Positions 8,349 through 18,255 of a DNA stretch of 64,000 bases are shown here, piece after piece (positions within the stretch are counted from its first letter, which is position 1; every line of letters begins with the position of its first letter). A model generated the notes under the pieces. The model saw only the letters and a list, made by a program, of their open reading frames with translations, was not told the DNA's origin and did no database searches. The position numbers and the translations under genes were made by a program. Source of the stretch: a bacterium. Lineage in GTDB: Bacteria > Cyanobacteriota > Vampirovibrionia > Vampirovibrionales > Vampirovibrionaceae. Location of the stretch: assembly GCA_030429585.1 (NCBI GenBank), contig JAUIEU010000001.1:353982-417981 (forward strand), read 5' to 3'.

Positions 8349-10105
8349 TAAAACCGCCCCCCATTACCGCTTAACCGTTCGGAGAGATCCGGGAACAGTA
8401 ATGAAAATTGGCCGCCAACATTTTTTGCTAATACTTCTGGCGGGCCGGATTCTGCAAAGTTTCCGTCGATTAAGACATGGGCCATATCGGTCCGTTGCAC
8501 AATTTCCGCATCGTGAGAAATATTTAGAATCGTCCACGGGTTTTCTGACGAAAAGAGCTTTTCCAAAATCCCCAGCTTGGTTTGCTCATCCATCCCTGTA
8601 AACGCTTCATCTAAAATAAGCAGTTTAGGTTGCTGCACAATGGCGCGGGCCATTAAAATTCGGTGGCGTTGCCCTAAGGATATATTGGTGCCCGCCGTTG
8701 TAATGCGGTGCTGCAAGCCATGCGGGTACTGTCGAAGATCGCGCGCCATCATTACCATATCTATGGCCCAGGCTAAGGCGCCTTGCGGCAGTTCATCTGC
8801 GGTTAAGCCCAGTAAAATATTATCTTCTACAGTGCCTTCAAACAGCTCGTATCCATCGCCTACCAACGCAATAGCCTTGCGTAGTTCCGGTAGTTTGTAT
8901 TGCCGAATATCGACGTCATTCAGGGTGATTTGGCCTGAGTGGGTATCGTGTAGCCCGCAAATAAGCCCAGCTAAGGTGGATTTGCCCATACCGCTGGGGC
9001 CGACAACGCTAGTGTGGCTTTGGGGCGGTAAATTTAAGCTAAGGTGCTGCACCACGTTTTTTTCTGGGCGGTACCCAAAGGTAATATTGTGGCACTTTAG
9101 GTGCAGCCCGTGGGTAATATCTGGTAGCGAGGTCCCATCCACGCGCTCTTGCTCAAAGCGGAGCACTTGGTGGACTTTATCTACAGCAGCCAGAAGGTCG
9201 TAACCGGATTCTAAATACTGTACTAACTTATCGGTGGCAGACAAGATGAGGAGGATAACAATTTCGCTAGCGACTAATTGCCCTAGGCTCAGTTGCCCGT
9301 TCATGACTAACCAGCCGCCAATCATCAGTACGCCGGCAGTAGCCATTGCTTCTAACATAAAATTAGCAAAGGATTGGCGAACGACGACGCGAAAGTGTCG
9401 TTGCCGAGCATCTAAAAATCGGTGCAATAAGCCATCTGTTTTGCCGAGTAAGGTGCTAGGGGCCCCATTCATTTTAAAGCTAATGCGGCTTTGCCCCATT
9501 TCTTCTAACCACTGGGCTACCCGGTACTTGGCCGCGGATTCGTCTAAGCTAGAGCTGTAGCCCCCGTAACCCAGCATAAAAATGGCGACCATACCCACTA
9601 AAAAAGTGATGTTAAACAGTAGAAACCATGGGCTGTAAAAGCTAATTAACAACATGCCAAGCATAATTTGTAATACAGAAGCGGGGCCATCTAATAATAG
9701 CTTGGCTAAGGTTTTTTGAATGGTGAGGACATCAAAAAATCGATTCAGTACCTCTGGGGCGTAGCGTTGTTTAAAGGCCACCTCGCTAACAGATAGCAGC
9801 TGGCTAGAAATAGACATGGCCGTTGTTAAAAACACTTTTTGCTGAATGAATTCCACAAGCTGAAGCTGAAGTACCCGTAACAGGCCCACAAGGATGAGCC
9901 CTGTTAATACGGCCACACCCAATACTAAAATGGGTTGGTTAAAAATGCCGCTGGCCAGGCTGCCAATAAGCCCTTGTGCTGTTAAAGGTACCGCCAGGAA
10001 GAAGACGCCAATAAATACAGTGTAGGCAGCTACAAGCCCTATATCCTTGTGGCTAGGTGTAAGCAGTGCCCAAAGGCGTTTTAAATTGGTCCACACGCTA
10101 TCCAA
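8348..10105 (-). CDS. type I secretion ABC transporter (N-terminal TMD, C-terminal NBD; no C39 peptidase domain)
   Basis: Walker A GPSGMGKST, signature ISLGQRHRILMARA and Walker B LLILDEAF. 585 aa, HlyB-like without a peptidase. Confidence 0.9.
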   Translation of the reverse strand: MDSVWTNLKRLWALLTPSHKDIGLVAAYTVFIGVFFLAVPLTAQGLIGSLASGIFNQPILVLGVAVLTGLILVGLLRVLQLQLVEFIQQKVFLTTAMSISSQLLSVSEVAFKQRYAPEVLNRFFDVLTIQKTLAKLLLDGPASVLQIMLGMLLISFYSPWFLLFNITFLVGMVAIFMLGYGGYSSSLDESAAKYRVAQWLEEMGQSRISFKMNGAPSTLLGKTDGLLHRFLDARQRHFRVVVRQSFANFMLEAMATAGVLMIGGWLVMNGQLSLGQLVASEIVILLILSATDKLVQYLESGYDLLAAVDKVHQVLRFEQERVDGTSLPDITHGLHLKCHNITFGYRPEKNVVQHLSLNLPPQSHTSVVGPSGMGKSTLAGLICGLHDTHSGQITLNDVDIRQYKLPELRKAIALVGDGYELFEGTVEDNILLGLTADELPQGALAWAIDMVMMARDLRQYPHGLQHRITTAGTNISLGQRHRILMARAIVQQPKLLILDEAFTGMDEQTKLGILEKLFSSENPWTILNISHDAEIVQRTDMAHVLIDGNFAESGPPEVLAKNVGGQFSLLFPDLSERLSGNGGRF

Positions 10106-10275
10106 AGTTTAGCCCTAAGTACTCAAAACGATGTGTATACTCTAGCTAAAACGGGTTACCAAATACAGGTAATGTTAATAGATTTAAAAACAATATAACG
10201 GTATGTTAATGTTGCGAATTTCGTCAATAAGTAGGTGTTTATTACTATTGGTGTAGAGGGTTTGGTTTTTTACGT

Positions 10276-11961
10276 TTACCACCCATTGCCCCAACTGGTG
10301 CCACTATTGTTTTGCCGGGCGGCGATAATATTTTTTTGTGCCGTTTGTGCAGCACTTGTTGCGTAGTCATAATACCCAGATGTTTTTGGTACCCGACGAT
10401 AATATACCTGCGCCATAGATAAATGATGGATGGCTTTTTTCCAATTCCACCAATGGAAGGCCTTAATCCCAAGCCGGTCTTCGTAAAAGGCATGGGCTAG
10501 TATGGTGATGGGGGCATTCGGCCTTGTATTGGTCCAGTGCTCCATTAGCTTTTTAATAGGTTTGGTTTTGTTTCTGTTTAGGTAACACATCATTAGGCCC
10601 AGGTGCACGGCAGAAATATCTGGTGTTTGCTTGTTTAGGGCTTCAAACGATTTGGTGGCCGTACGGTACTTTTTGTTTTTAAGTTGATCAAAGGCCAGTT
10701 CTAATTGCGTCGCTAGTTTTTGGCGGTTTTCTCTAATGCCGCTTAGGCTGCCTGTGCGAAGGACATGAGGTTGAGGCGATTGGTACTGGTTGACCAGCAT
10801 GGCGACATCGTTAGCGCTTAACCCGCGTGAGAGGATATCGATATCGTGAGATTGGAGTGGGTTCATAATATCGTTGCGGTTAGGGCTATGGTGGGTTAAA
10901 CCTAGGGCGTGGCCAAATTCGTGGAGGATGGTGGCGTATTGGGATACATCGGTAGGTTGTTCGCCCTGTGGCGTGTGGGTGGCAATAGTAATATCGACAG
11001 AAAGCAAGCTATCGCCAAGGAACATGGCATTGGTATTGCCAACGTCTTGGAAGGGTTTATCCGTTTTGTTTAATGTGTCGGCCCAGTCCACAGTAATATC
11101 CGCCTGTGCTGGGTCAGGCACTTGCTGAAAGGACACCATGTTGTTGGTTTTGCTAGACCATTCTAGTAGTGCCTTATCTACTAAGGCGGCCCATTGGGGC
11201 TGGTACCCTTCTACATTTTTACCATCCATAACCGCTATTTTAATGGGCATGGCTTGCTTCATCCACAAGTAATCCATGCGGCGATTTTGTCCCTGTCCGT
11301 TTAATTCGGCAATTTCTTTGGCAATTTGGTTGTTAATAAAGCCGGTTTGTTTTTGCTCATGTTCAATGGCGGAATCAATATTGCGTTGGTTGCTGTTTAG
11401 GTTTTGTTGATTGTGGGCCAGGTGCCGGCGGGCGTCATCGCCAAGTAAGGGGTGGTTTTGGAAAGATTCCATGATGGCACGAGCTTGTTGCAGGTATTGT
11501 TGGGTTTCTTCCAAGCGGTTGTTTTGAGATGCAACCACAGCTTGATGGGTTAGCCACGTGCCCTGGCGGTAACGTAAAATATCATCGTAGCCTGGGGTCC
11601 CTTTTTTGCTGACAAACCGGGTAAATAGGTGCTGAAACCCTTCCCAGTCTTCCATGCCGGAGTAGCACATAAACAAATGGTCAACACGGATAGGTGTGGG
11701 CCATAGTTGGTAAGCCTTTTCGTACAGTGCTAAGGCCGCTTTGTAATCCTTATTCCGGGCAAAGCTATTCGCTTCGTTGCCAGCCTTTACCATGGCATTG
11801 TATTGGTCAACCTCTGCCCGGGTGACAGGTTGCTTGGTTACGCGTTCGATGTAAGCGTCTTCTTCGGTTAGAGACTGACTAAATGCTGGGGGTAGCATAC
11901 TAGTGCCAAAGGCAATAAATAGTGCAATGGCGAGGAAGGCATGCTTCATAGTGATACTCAC
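10276..11961 (-). CDS. secreted zinc metalloprotease of the metzincin type (HExxHxxGxxH) with TPR-like repeats
   Basis: HEFGHALGLTHH zinc-binding motif, a Sec signal peptide (MKHAFLAIALFIAFGTSMLPPAFSQ) and TPR-like helical repeats in both halves. Confidence 0.8.
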   Translation of the reverse strand: MSITMKHAFLAIALFIAFGTSMLPPAFSQSLTEEDAYIERVTKQPVTRAEVDQYNAMVKAGNEANSFARNKDYKAALALYEKAYQLWPTPIRVDHLFMCYSGMEDWEGFQHLFTRFVSKKGTPGYDDILRYRQGTWLTHQAVVASQNNRLEETQQYLQQARAIMESFQNHPLLGDDARRHLAHNQQNLNSNQRNIDSAIEHEQKQTGFINNQIAKEIAELNGQGQNRRMDYLWMKQAMPIKIAVMDGKNVEGYQPQWAALVDKALLEWSSKTNNMVSFQQVPDPAQADITVDWADTLNKTDKPFQDVGNTNAMFLGDSLLSVDITIATHTPQGEQPTDVSQYATILHEFGHALGLTHHSPNRNDIMNPLQSHDIDILSRGLSANDVAMLVNQYQSPQPHVLRTGSLSGIRENRQKLATQLELAFDQLKNKKYRTATKSFEALNKQTPDISAVHLGLMMCYLNRNKTKPIKKLMEHWTNTRPNAPITILAHAFYEDRLGIKAFHWWNWKKAIHHLSMAQVYYRRVPKTSGYYDYATSAAQTAQKNIIAARQNNSGTSWGNGW

Positions 11962-12038
11962 TTTCCAGGGGGTGATGTGGCGCTTATCTGGGTAGTTTAA
12001 ATTAGGGTAGGCGTAGAACTCAACTACCCCTTAGTGGT

Positions 12039-12980
12039 TTATAAAGAAATAGTGGTAAAAATAGGGTAATGGTCGGAATTGACGCCCTTGCACCGCTCTT
12101 GTTCTAGGATGCGAATGGAATCTGACACTAGGCAGTGATCCAGGTTTAAGCACATTAGGGGCCCTAGCCATACAGGGAAGGTAAAACACAGCACGTTTAA
12201 CAACTCGTCATAGCAGTGGGGCAGGTACTTTACTAGCTTGCGGTAGTAATAATGCCATGGGGTTACATTAAAATCGCCACAAATGGCAATATGCTCACCT
12301 TGTATTGGTTCAATGGCAGCAAATAATCGCTGCCAATCCGCTTTTTGCTGGTTGTATTTGGTATAGCCCAGGCAGGCTTCTGGGTGGGTGTTTACCACGG
12401 TTAGCTCAGAATCCCTTACCTGAATGCGGGTAATAATATCGTAGGCGTTGGTTTGCTCAATGTATTCTGGGCGGCCAATAATGGGGTAACGGCTTAAGGT
12501 AACGCGTCCGGTATCCTTTTTACTGGTGCCCTCGCCGGCGGTAAACATGGCATAGTGGGATTGTTCAAAGTGATCCCTTAAATATTCAATCCACTTGGCG
12601 TTGGTTTCGCACAGTACCACCACGTCAGGCGAGTATCGTTGGATTTGCTGGGTTACGTTGGCCATTTCGTTATTGCTGTAGCAAACATTGAGCTGATAGA
12701 TGGTTAGAGTATGGGTGTTATCTTCGCCAATATGGAGTAACTCCTTGGTGATGGGGTTTCTAAACTCCAGCAATAAGATAGCCACGGGCAGCCCAAGCAA
12801 GGCCACCCCGATATACGAAAAAAATTGAGACACATACATACCGCCAACCACCATATACGCCGCCAGTATAGGGATGCGGGCATACCCCAATAGGGTGGTT
12901 AAGTAATAGGGTAGCCCTAATAGGTTAATAACCTCTAACAACAATAGGCCTAACCACACGTTTAGTAGTACCGTTTTCAT
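12039..12980 (-). CDS. endonuclease/exonuclease/phosphatase (EEP) family protein with N-terminal transmembrane anchor
   Basis: The C-terminal NSDHYPIFTTISL is an EEP hallmark. Two or three N-terminal hydrophobic helices. Confidence 0.7.
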   Translation of the reverse strand: MKTVLLNVWLGLLLLEVINLLGLPYYLTTLLGYARIPILAAYMVVGGMYVSQFFSYIGVALLGLPVAILLLEFRNPITKELLHIGEDNTHTLTIYQLNVCYSNNEMANVTQQIQRYSPDVVVLCETNAKWIEYLRDHFEQSHYAMFTAGEGTSKKDTGRVTLSRYPIIGRPEYIEQTNAYDIITRIQVRDSELTVVNTHPEACLGYTKYNQQKADWQRLFAAIEPIQGEHIAICGDFNVTPWHYYYRKLVKYLPHCYDELLNVLCFTFPVWLGPLMCLNLDHCLVSDSIRILEQERCKGVNSDHYPIFTTISL

Positions 12981-13209
12981 TTATCTCCTTGCTATTAAAC
13001 GCACCGTAGAGTATACCTGATGATAATACATCTAATCTTAAAACAGGTTGGGCGTTTAGGCCATTTGAGTTCAAGGCTTATCTCTCGTATACTAAGTGGT
13101 GAAAACGCCTTTAAAATCAGTAAAAAATGGTATTTTAATGGCAGGAAAATACAAACGGCTACGCCTGTAATAATTCTTTTTACACCCTACGATTAAAGAA
13201 CCCCACCCT

Positions 13210-14499
13210 ATGCCTACCCAACCTAACAACAATTCGACTTCCACTGTTGCCGTTCTTGGTTTCTGCATCCCTATGATGGAATCCTTGGATAAGGCCAATA
13301 AGCCCTTTGTGGCGGTGGTGCCATCTGAATTTGAAGCCTACATGGTAGAGCATGACATCCCCTATGTGTTGTGGGATTTCAATAAGTACAACGAAAAATC
13401 GGGGGATTTGTACGAACAGTTAAAGGCTAAACATGCCACAGTAGCGGTGCCGTTGTATGAAGAAACTGTGAATTGGGCTGGCGCGCTTAATTCCCACTTT
13501 CGGGATGACCCACGTTTGTTTAACCGTTACCACCTTTTCCGTGACAAGGCCATGATGAAGCGGAAGGCCCAGATGAGTGGCATCCAGGTGGGGGTGTTTG
13601 AAGAAGCCGATGATGCCGATGATGTGCGTCGCTTTTTAAGACGGGTAAACGAAGCGGAACTAAAACTGGAAGGCGAAGCGGAAGAGCCTATCCACATTAA
13701 ACCTAAAGATGCCGCCGGTTCCTTAGGGCATAAGCTTATCCGCAGCCTAAAAGATATTGATGAACTGACAGAAGAAGACTTCCCCACGTTGATGGAGAGC
13801 CACCTGGATGGGCAGGAGTTTTCCTGTGAAGTATTTATCCACAAGGGTAAAATTCGCTTCCTTAATATTACGGAATACATCCACTTGGGGTACACCAATT
13901 TTGTGCCCGCCTCGCCAGTATTAGAGGCAAAGCGCCCCTTAATTGAAGAAGCGGTGCAACAGTTAATTGATGCCTTTGGTATTGAATATGGCATGATTCA
14001 CCCCGAGTTTTTTATTAACTCTAAAGATAAAATTAGCTTTGGCGAAGTGGCGGCTCGCATCCCAGGGGGCCACATTTTTGAGCTGATTGAAAAAGGCTGG
14101 GGCTTTGACCCAATGTTGGCCTTTGTGTTGTGTAGCGACCCAAATACGTCGGAGGACGTGCTGGATAACTTCTTCCCCAAATCGTATGACGACCGGAAAA
14201 CCTTTGCTGGCTGTGTGATGGTGTACCCCCAACATAAGATGGTAACCAACATTAATGTGCCAGAAACCTTGCTGAACGACCCTTACTATGAAAAACACAA
14301 TTTGTTTGTGCCCGTTAGCCCTAAAGTGGCAGACCGGGTTGCCTTTGGCGACCATTACGGCACGGTGTTTTTTAATGGAGATGATTCTGAGCGCATGCGG
14401 GACTTATTAAATACGTATGAGAAAGTCGATTTTTATGTTGCCCCAACGCCTGAAAACAGCGCTCAAGAAGTGGTTCTTTCCGGCGGAGGAGCCCCTTAA
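13210..14499 (+). CDS. ATP-grasp family ligase
   Basis: 429 aa. The ATP-grasp core (FSCEVFIHKGKIRFLNITEY ... GMIHPEFFINSKDKISFGEVAARIPGG) has the E-x-N metal site and an R...G motif. Confidence 0.8.
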   Translation: MPTQPNNNSTSTVAVLGFCIPMMESLDKANKPFVAVVPSEFEAYMVEHDIPYVLWDFNKYNEKSGDLYEQLKAKHATVAVPLYEETVNWAGALNSHFRDDPRLFNRYHLFRDKAMMKRKAQMSGIQVGVFEEADDADDVRRFLRRVNEAELKLEGEAEEPIHIKPKDAAGSLGHKLIRSLKDIDELTEEDFPTLMESHLDGQEFSCEVFIHKGKIRFLNITEYIHLGYTNFVPASPVLEAKRPLIEEAVQQLIDAFGIEYGMIHPEFFINSKDKISFGEVAARIPGGHIFELIEKGWGFDPMLAFVLCSDPNTSEDVLDNFFPKSYDDRKTFAGCVMVYPQHKMVTNINVPETLLNDPYYEKHNLFVPVSPKVADRVAFGDHYGTVFFNGDDSERMRDLLNTYEKVDFYVAPTPENSAQEVVLSGGGAP

Positions 14500-16615
14500 C
14501 CCCTGCACTTTTATTGATGAGAGTCACTGTAAGAGCCCTACAACTAAAAAATCTACTGAAAGCACGCCCGTGATACCCACAGAACACCATACCGCTACCG
14601 TCGGTACCCCTACGCTTCCTAGCCCTGATGATACGGTAACCCCGCCAGAGCCCAATCGTGATACGGTGAAACGATTGGCAGAAAAACTGGATGTTGCCTT
14701 GGAGCGCCTAAAAAAAGCAAAGCCCTTTGCTAAAACAACGCACCAAACGGATGTCTTCCAAATGGCGGGCATGTTGCTAAAAACGGACGATGGGATAAAT
14801 GCCTTATGGAAGCGGGCCCACCGTTTTGATGAGGCAGGTGTATTTTACAGCGGCGCTTGGGAAACCCCAGGTACATTGCGGGCAGAGTTTATCAAAGGCA
14901 GCCTGCAAGCCAACGGTGTTTACCCTGTTGTGGAAATGCTGAGCGAGTTACGGGTGTTGGCCATTGCTAAAAAGCAAGCCACTAGCGATAGCATGACCGC
15001 GGACGATGCCACCACATTTTTAAACCAAGCGGTGGCGTTAAACCTAGAGTATTTATTCCCTGCAGAAACTGAAGCTGCCCGGGTGGAGGCCATCACTCAT
15101 CGGGATGAGGTGGAACGGTTGTTCCGCTTGATTAGCGAGCATTTATCTTTGGCTAGCATCCGCACGGATATTGTGGAAGAAATTGACCAAATTTGTGCTC
15201 AACGGCCTATTTTAACCAAACGCCTACGGAATATGATTGAAACCGCTGCCCGAATTCCTCATTCCACATCGTCGGATGATTCGGAAGATAAGCTGGCCCA
15301 ATATATCCAGGCCATTTCTGGGGCTAGTGCCCTTAGCCAACAGCACCGTAACTTTGCAGAATATAGAGAAGCCCTGAAAGACTTGGATGCGACTGCGTTG
15401 GAAGCAGAAGCCGACGTTTTTGCAGAAGCCATGCGCTCTACTGGTTTAGATAGTGCCCACCATGCTATTTTAATCCGTTACTTGGAGCGCCAACACCCTC
15501 AGTTGCTCAGTCGGGCCCTTGGCCTAAATTCTGCTGGCGAGGCAGAACTTAAGGATAACGAAGAGTTTGCCCGCCAATTGATTCGGGTGGCTATTTTGCC
15601 TTCTGCTTATCGGGCTATTTATGGCTTTGCCGGTGTGTTAGAGCGGTCCTTGCTCTCTCGTACGGATATTGAAGGGGGCCTTAAACGGCTTATCGAACTA
15701 GACCTATGTTCTAATGTGCGTAAAAATTTGCTTGCCCAACGAGAAAGTCATGATGGCGTGACGGCCAATTCCATATTGGTAGCTGGCGCACTTATGGTGT
15801 TGGGCCAGCCTTTGGGTGTGGGGCAAGGCAAAAACCCAACCTGCCAATCGGCGCGGGGCATTAGCTTTTGGAGCCAACATACCCCTAGTTACCTGCTTAA
15901 CCTGCTTATTTCTGCCGCTCGGGATGAATTTGTCGAGATTCCTTTAGAGGGCGTGGGAGTTAATTCCACTGGCCTGCAAGGCGGCTTGGTAACCGAGTTT
16001 GATATGGAACTCGACCCAGTATCCATTGTGCTGGTACCCCACTTGGATAAAATTTATGATGCCATGATGACCAAAGTGGCCTTGCGGCCAGAAGACGGCC
16101 ATAAATATGTAAACCCAGCGATGTATGGGCGTGTGGTACCGTCAGGCTTTGCCTCTTTGTTTGATAAAACCAGTTTGAATATTGTTAATTTTGAAGACTT
16201 TGTTCGCCGCTTTTATGCCACTCATCATCCGGCTTATAACCATGGCCACGAAATGATTCACCCGAATCCGGTGGGCTTAATGATCACCAATTCTCATGGC
16301 GAAAAGCTGGGCGCCCATGCTGTATTGCTACAACGTATCCAAGATGATACCCACGGTAAGTTGCGAACCTATTTTTATAACCCTAACAACGAAGGCAGGC
16401 AGGCCTGGGGCCAAGATATCCAACCAAGTGTTAGCGGCAACGGTGAACTAGAAGGCGAATCCTCCTTACCTTTCCATGAATTTGTTTCTCGCCTTTATGC
16501 CTTCCACTACAACCCCTATGAAGAAGGGGATGCCTTTGCCGTTCCAGACAGCAGTATCTCTGAAATTCGCACCCTGGTAGAAGAAAGTTGGGGCCGGTCT
16601 CACCAGTGGCAATAG
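14417..16615 (+). CDS. large hypothetical protein (732 aa) with Pro/Thr-rich N-terminal linker; start uncertain (ATG at 14417 or 14435); overlaps the ATP-grasp gene in the +1 frame
   Basis: Long ORF with coding-like composition. A P/T/S-rich low-complexity stretch is followed by a helical region and a C-terminal globular part with conserved-looking Cys/His (NPTCQSARG ... HGHEMIHP). No motif I can name. Confidence 0.6.
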   Translation: MRKSIFMLPQRLKTALKKWFFPAEEPLNPCTFIDESHCKSPTTKKSTESTPVIPTEHHTATVGTPTLPSPDDTVTPPEPNRDTVKRLAEKLDVALERLKKAKPFAKTTHQTDVFQMAGMLLKTDDGINALWKRAHRFDEAGVFYSGAWETPGTLRAEFIKGSLQANGVYPVVEMLSELRVLAIAKKQATSDSMTADDATTFLNQAVALNLEYLFPAETEAARVEAITHRDEVERLFRLISEHLSLASIRTDIVEEIDQICAQRPILTKRLRNMIETAARIPHSTSSDDSEDKLAQYIQAISGASALSQQHRNFAEYREALKDLDATALEAEADVFAEAMRSTGLDSAHHAILIRYLERQHPQLLSRALGLNSAGEAELKDNEEFARQLIRVAILPSAYRAIYGFAGVLERSLLSRTDIEGGLKRLIELDLCSNVRKNLLAQRESHDGVTANSILVAGALMVLGQPLGVGQGKNPTCQSARGISFWSQHTPSYLLNLLISAARDEFVEIPLEGVGVNSTGLQGGLVTEFDMELDPVSIVLVPHLDKIYDAMMTKVALRPEDGHKYVNPAMYGRVVPSGFASLFDKTSLNIVNFEDFVRRFYATHHPAYNHGHEMIHPNPVGLMITNSHGEKLGAHAVLLQRIQDDTHGKLRTYFYNPNNEGRQAWGQDIQPSVSGNGELEGESSLPFHEFVSRLYAFHYNPYEEGDAFAVPDSSISEIRTLVEESWGRSHQWQ

Positions 16616-16836
16616 GGTAAGGAATCTTTTGCCTTACTGTTATAAAGGCTAATTATTGGCTTTTATGGAGTGGGCATAATGCTTTATAATTAGCCATATG
16701 GGCAATAGGGATTGTGTTGTATTTTGGGTATAACCATACTGTGGTGGTGTAACCAAATGCACCCACTGTTATGGAACAAACCGCTTTGTTTGGCTCCATA
16801 AGCTTTTGTTGATTGTTATGAAGAGGACCCTTATAT

Positions 16837-18159
16837 ATGAGACTTGCGAAACGTTTACTAGCCGGTACCGTGCTTACTGCCGTTACCCTACAACTTGCCT
16901 TGCTTAGTGCACCTGCCAATGCGGCATTAGATACCCAGAACCACTGGGCCAATAGCCATATTGACCAATTAATGCAACATAATATTATTGGTGGCTACCC
17001 AGATGGTACTTTCCGTCCGCAAAATACCATTACCCGTGCGGAATTTGCGGCCATCCTGTCTAAGGCGTTGCAGTTAGATACGGCAAGTACCGTGGATACA
17101 GGCTTTAGTGACGTGCCTATCAGCCATTGGGCTGCCCCTGCTATTACATCGGCTAAAAATGCCCAATTGGTTTCAGGCTTCCCTACCGGCGATTTTCGTC
17201 CTAACGAGCCGGTTAATCGGGCTGCGGTAATGGCGGTATTGGCAAAGGCTATCCCTGGCCAACCCGATGCTAACCAAACCCAATCGACCCTTAACCAATT
17301 TACAGATGCTAACAGCATCCCGAATTGGGCTAAAACAGCCGCTGCTGAAACTATTTTGCAGCAGGTGTTTGCTAATGAACCAAGTGCGGCCAATCGTGTG
17401 GATGCTAACCTGCCCGCTACCCGTGCAGAAGTAGCCGCCATGATGGATAAGTACCTAATGCGTAAATCTGTGGCCTTTGCTGCCCCAGGAGCCACACCAA
17501 ATACTACTGACACAACGTATACGGCCAACAGTACTATCACGCCTCAAAGCAACACGGCTAACACCACGTTGCATGGCCACGTGGCGACTATTCCAGAAAA
17601 CACGACCTTTAGCGCCACTTTAAAAACGGCGGTTAATAGCGAAATGGCTCAGCAGGGCGATACGGTATCTTTAACCTTGGATATGCCGATTGCCACGGCT
17701 GATAACACCATTGCTATCCCTAGTGGCACCACCATTGTGGGCGAAATTGCGGAGGTAAAATCCGCTAAACGCTTTGAAAATAACGCGATGGTGCAACTCA
17801 AATTCAAAGAGTTTGTTTTAGCCAGTGGCGAACGGATTCCGATGAAAGCCAGCATTGCGACAGACGCAAAAGATAATACTATCCATGGTGGCAGCGTTGC
17901 CGGTAGTACGGGCAAGGTAGCGACCAAAACAGCGGTTGGCGCTGGCTTGGGTGCTGCGCTTGGTACGGCCATGGGCCCACTAAGTGGCGGTAAGGTGGGT
18001 AAAGGCGCTATTTACGGTACCGCTATTGGTGCTGGCTTAGGCGCATTAACCGGTGTAGCCAGTAAAGGTAATGCGGTAGAGCTGCCTGCAGGCCAATCCC
18101 TGGTACTTACCCTGGATGAAAGTGTACAAGTAGGGGGCACCCAACAACCTGGCCAATAA
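16837..18159 (+). CDS. S-layer-homology (SLH) domain protein with C-terminal glycine-zipper region
   Basis: Signal peptide, then three SLH-like repeats (HWANSHIDQL...GYPDGTFRPQNTITRAEFAAIL, then SDVPISHWAAPAI..GFPTGDFRPNEPVNRAAV, and a third). C-terminal GAGLGAALGTAMG...AIGAGLGALTG. Confidence 0.85.
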   Translation: MRLAKRLLAGTVLTAVTLQLALLSAPANAALDTQNHWANSHIDQLMQHNIIGGYPDGTFRPQNTITRAEFAAILSKALQLDTASTVDTGFSDVPISHWAAPAITSAKNAQLVSGFPTGDFRPNEPVNRAAVMAVLAKAIPGQPDANQTQSTLNQFTDANSIPNWAKTAAAETILQQVFANEPSAANRVDANLPATRAEVAAMMDKYLMRKSVAFAAPGATPNTTDTTYTANSTITPQSNTANTTLHGHVATIPENTTFSATLKTAVNSEMAQQGDTVSLTLDMPIATADNTIAIPSGTTIVGEIAEVKSAKRFENNAMVQLKFKEFVLASGERIPMKASIATDAKDNTIHGGSVAGSTGKVATKTAVGAGLGAALGTAMGPLSGGKVGKGAIYGTAIGAGLGALTGVASKGNAVELPAGQSLVLTLDESVQVGGTQQPGQ

Positions 18160-18183
18160 CCCCTAACGGCTGATTAAAAAATT

Positions 18184-18223
18184 ACCCCCTGTATTAACCA
18201 TTGTTAGTGCAGGGGGTATTTTT
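18184..18223. terminator. intrinsic terminator between the convergent SLH gene and typA
   Basis: ACCCCCTG-(loop)-CAGGGGGT followed by ATTTTTAT. Confidence 0.7.
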
Positions 18224-18255
18224 ATAGCTAAAAATGGAGAGGATGTTAGCGTGGA

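Noticed and set aside
10245-10493. 82-aa minus-strand ORF overlapping the metzincin C-terminus
   Set aside because: It overlaps a well-supported gene in another frame and is basic/low-complexity.
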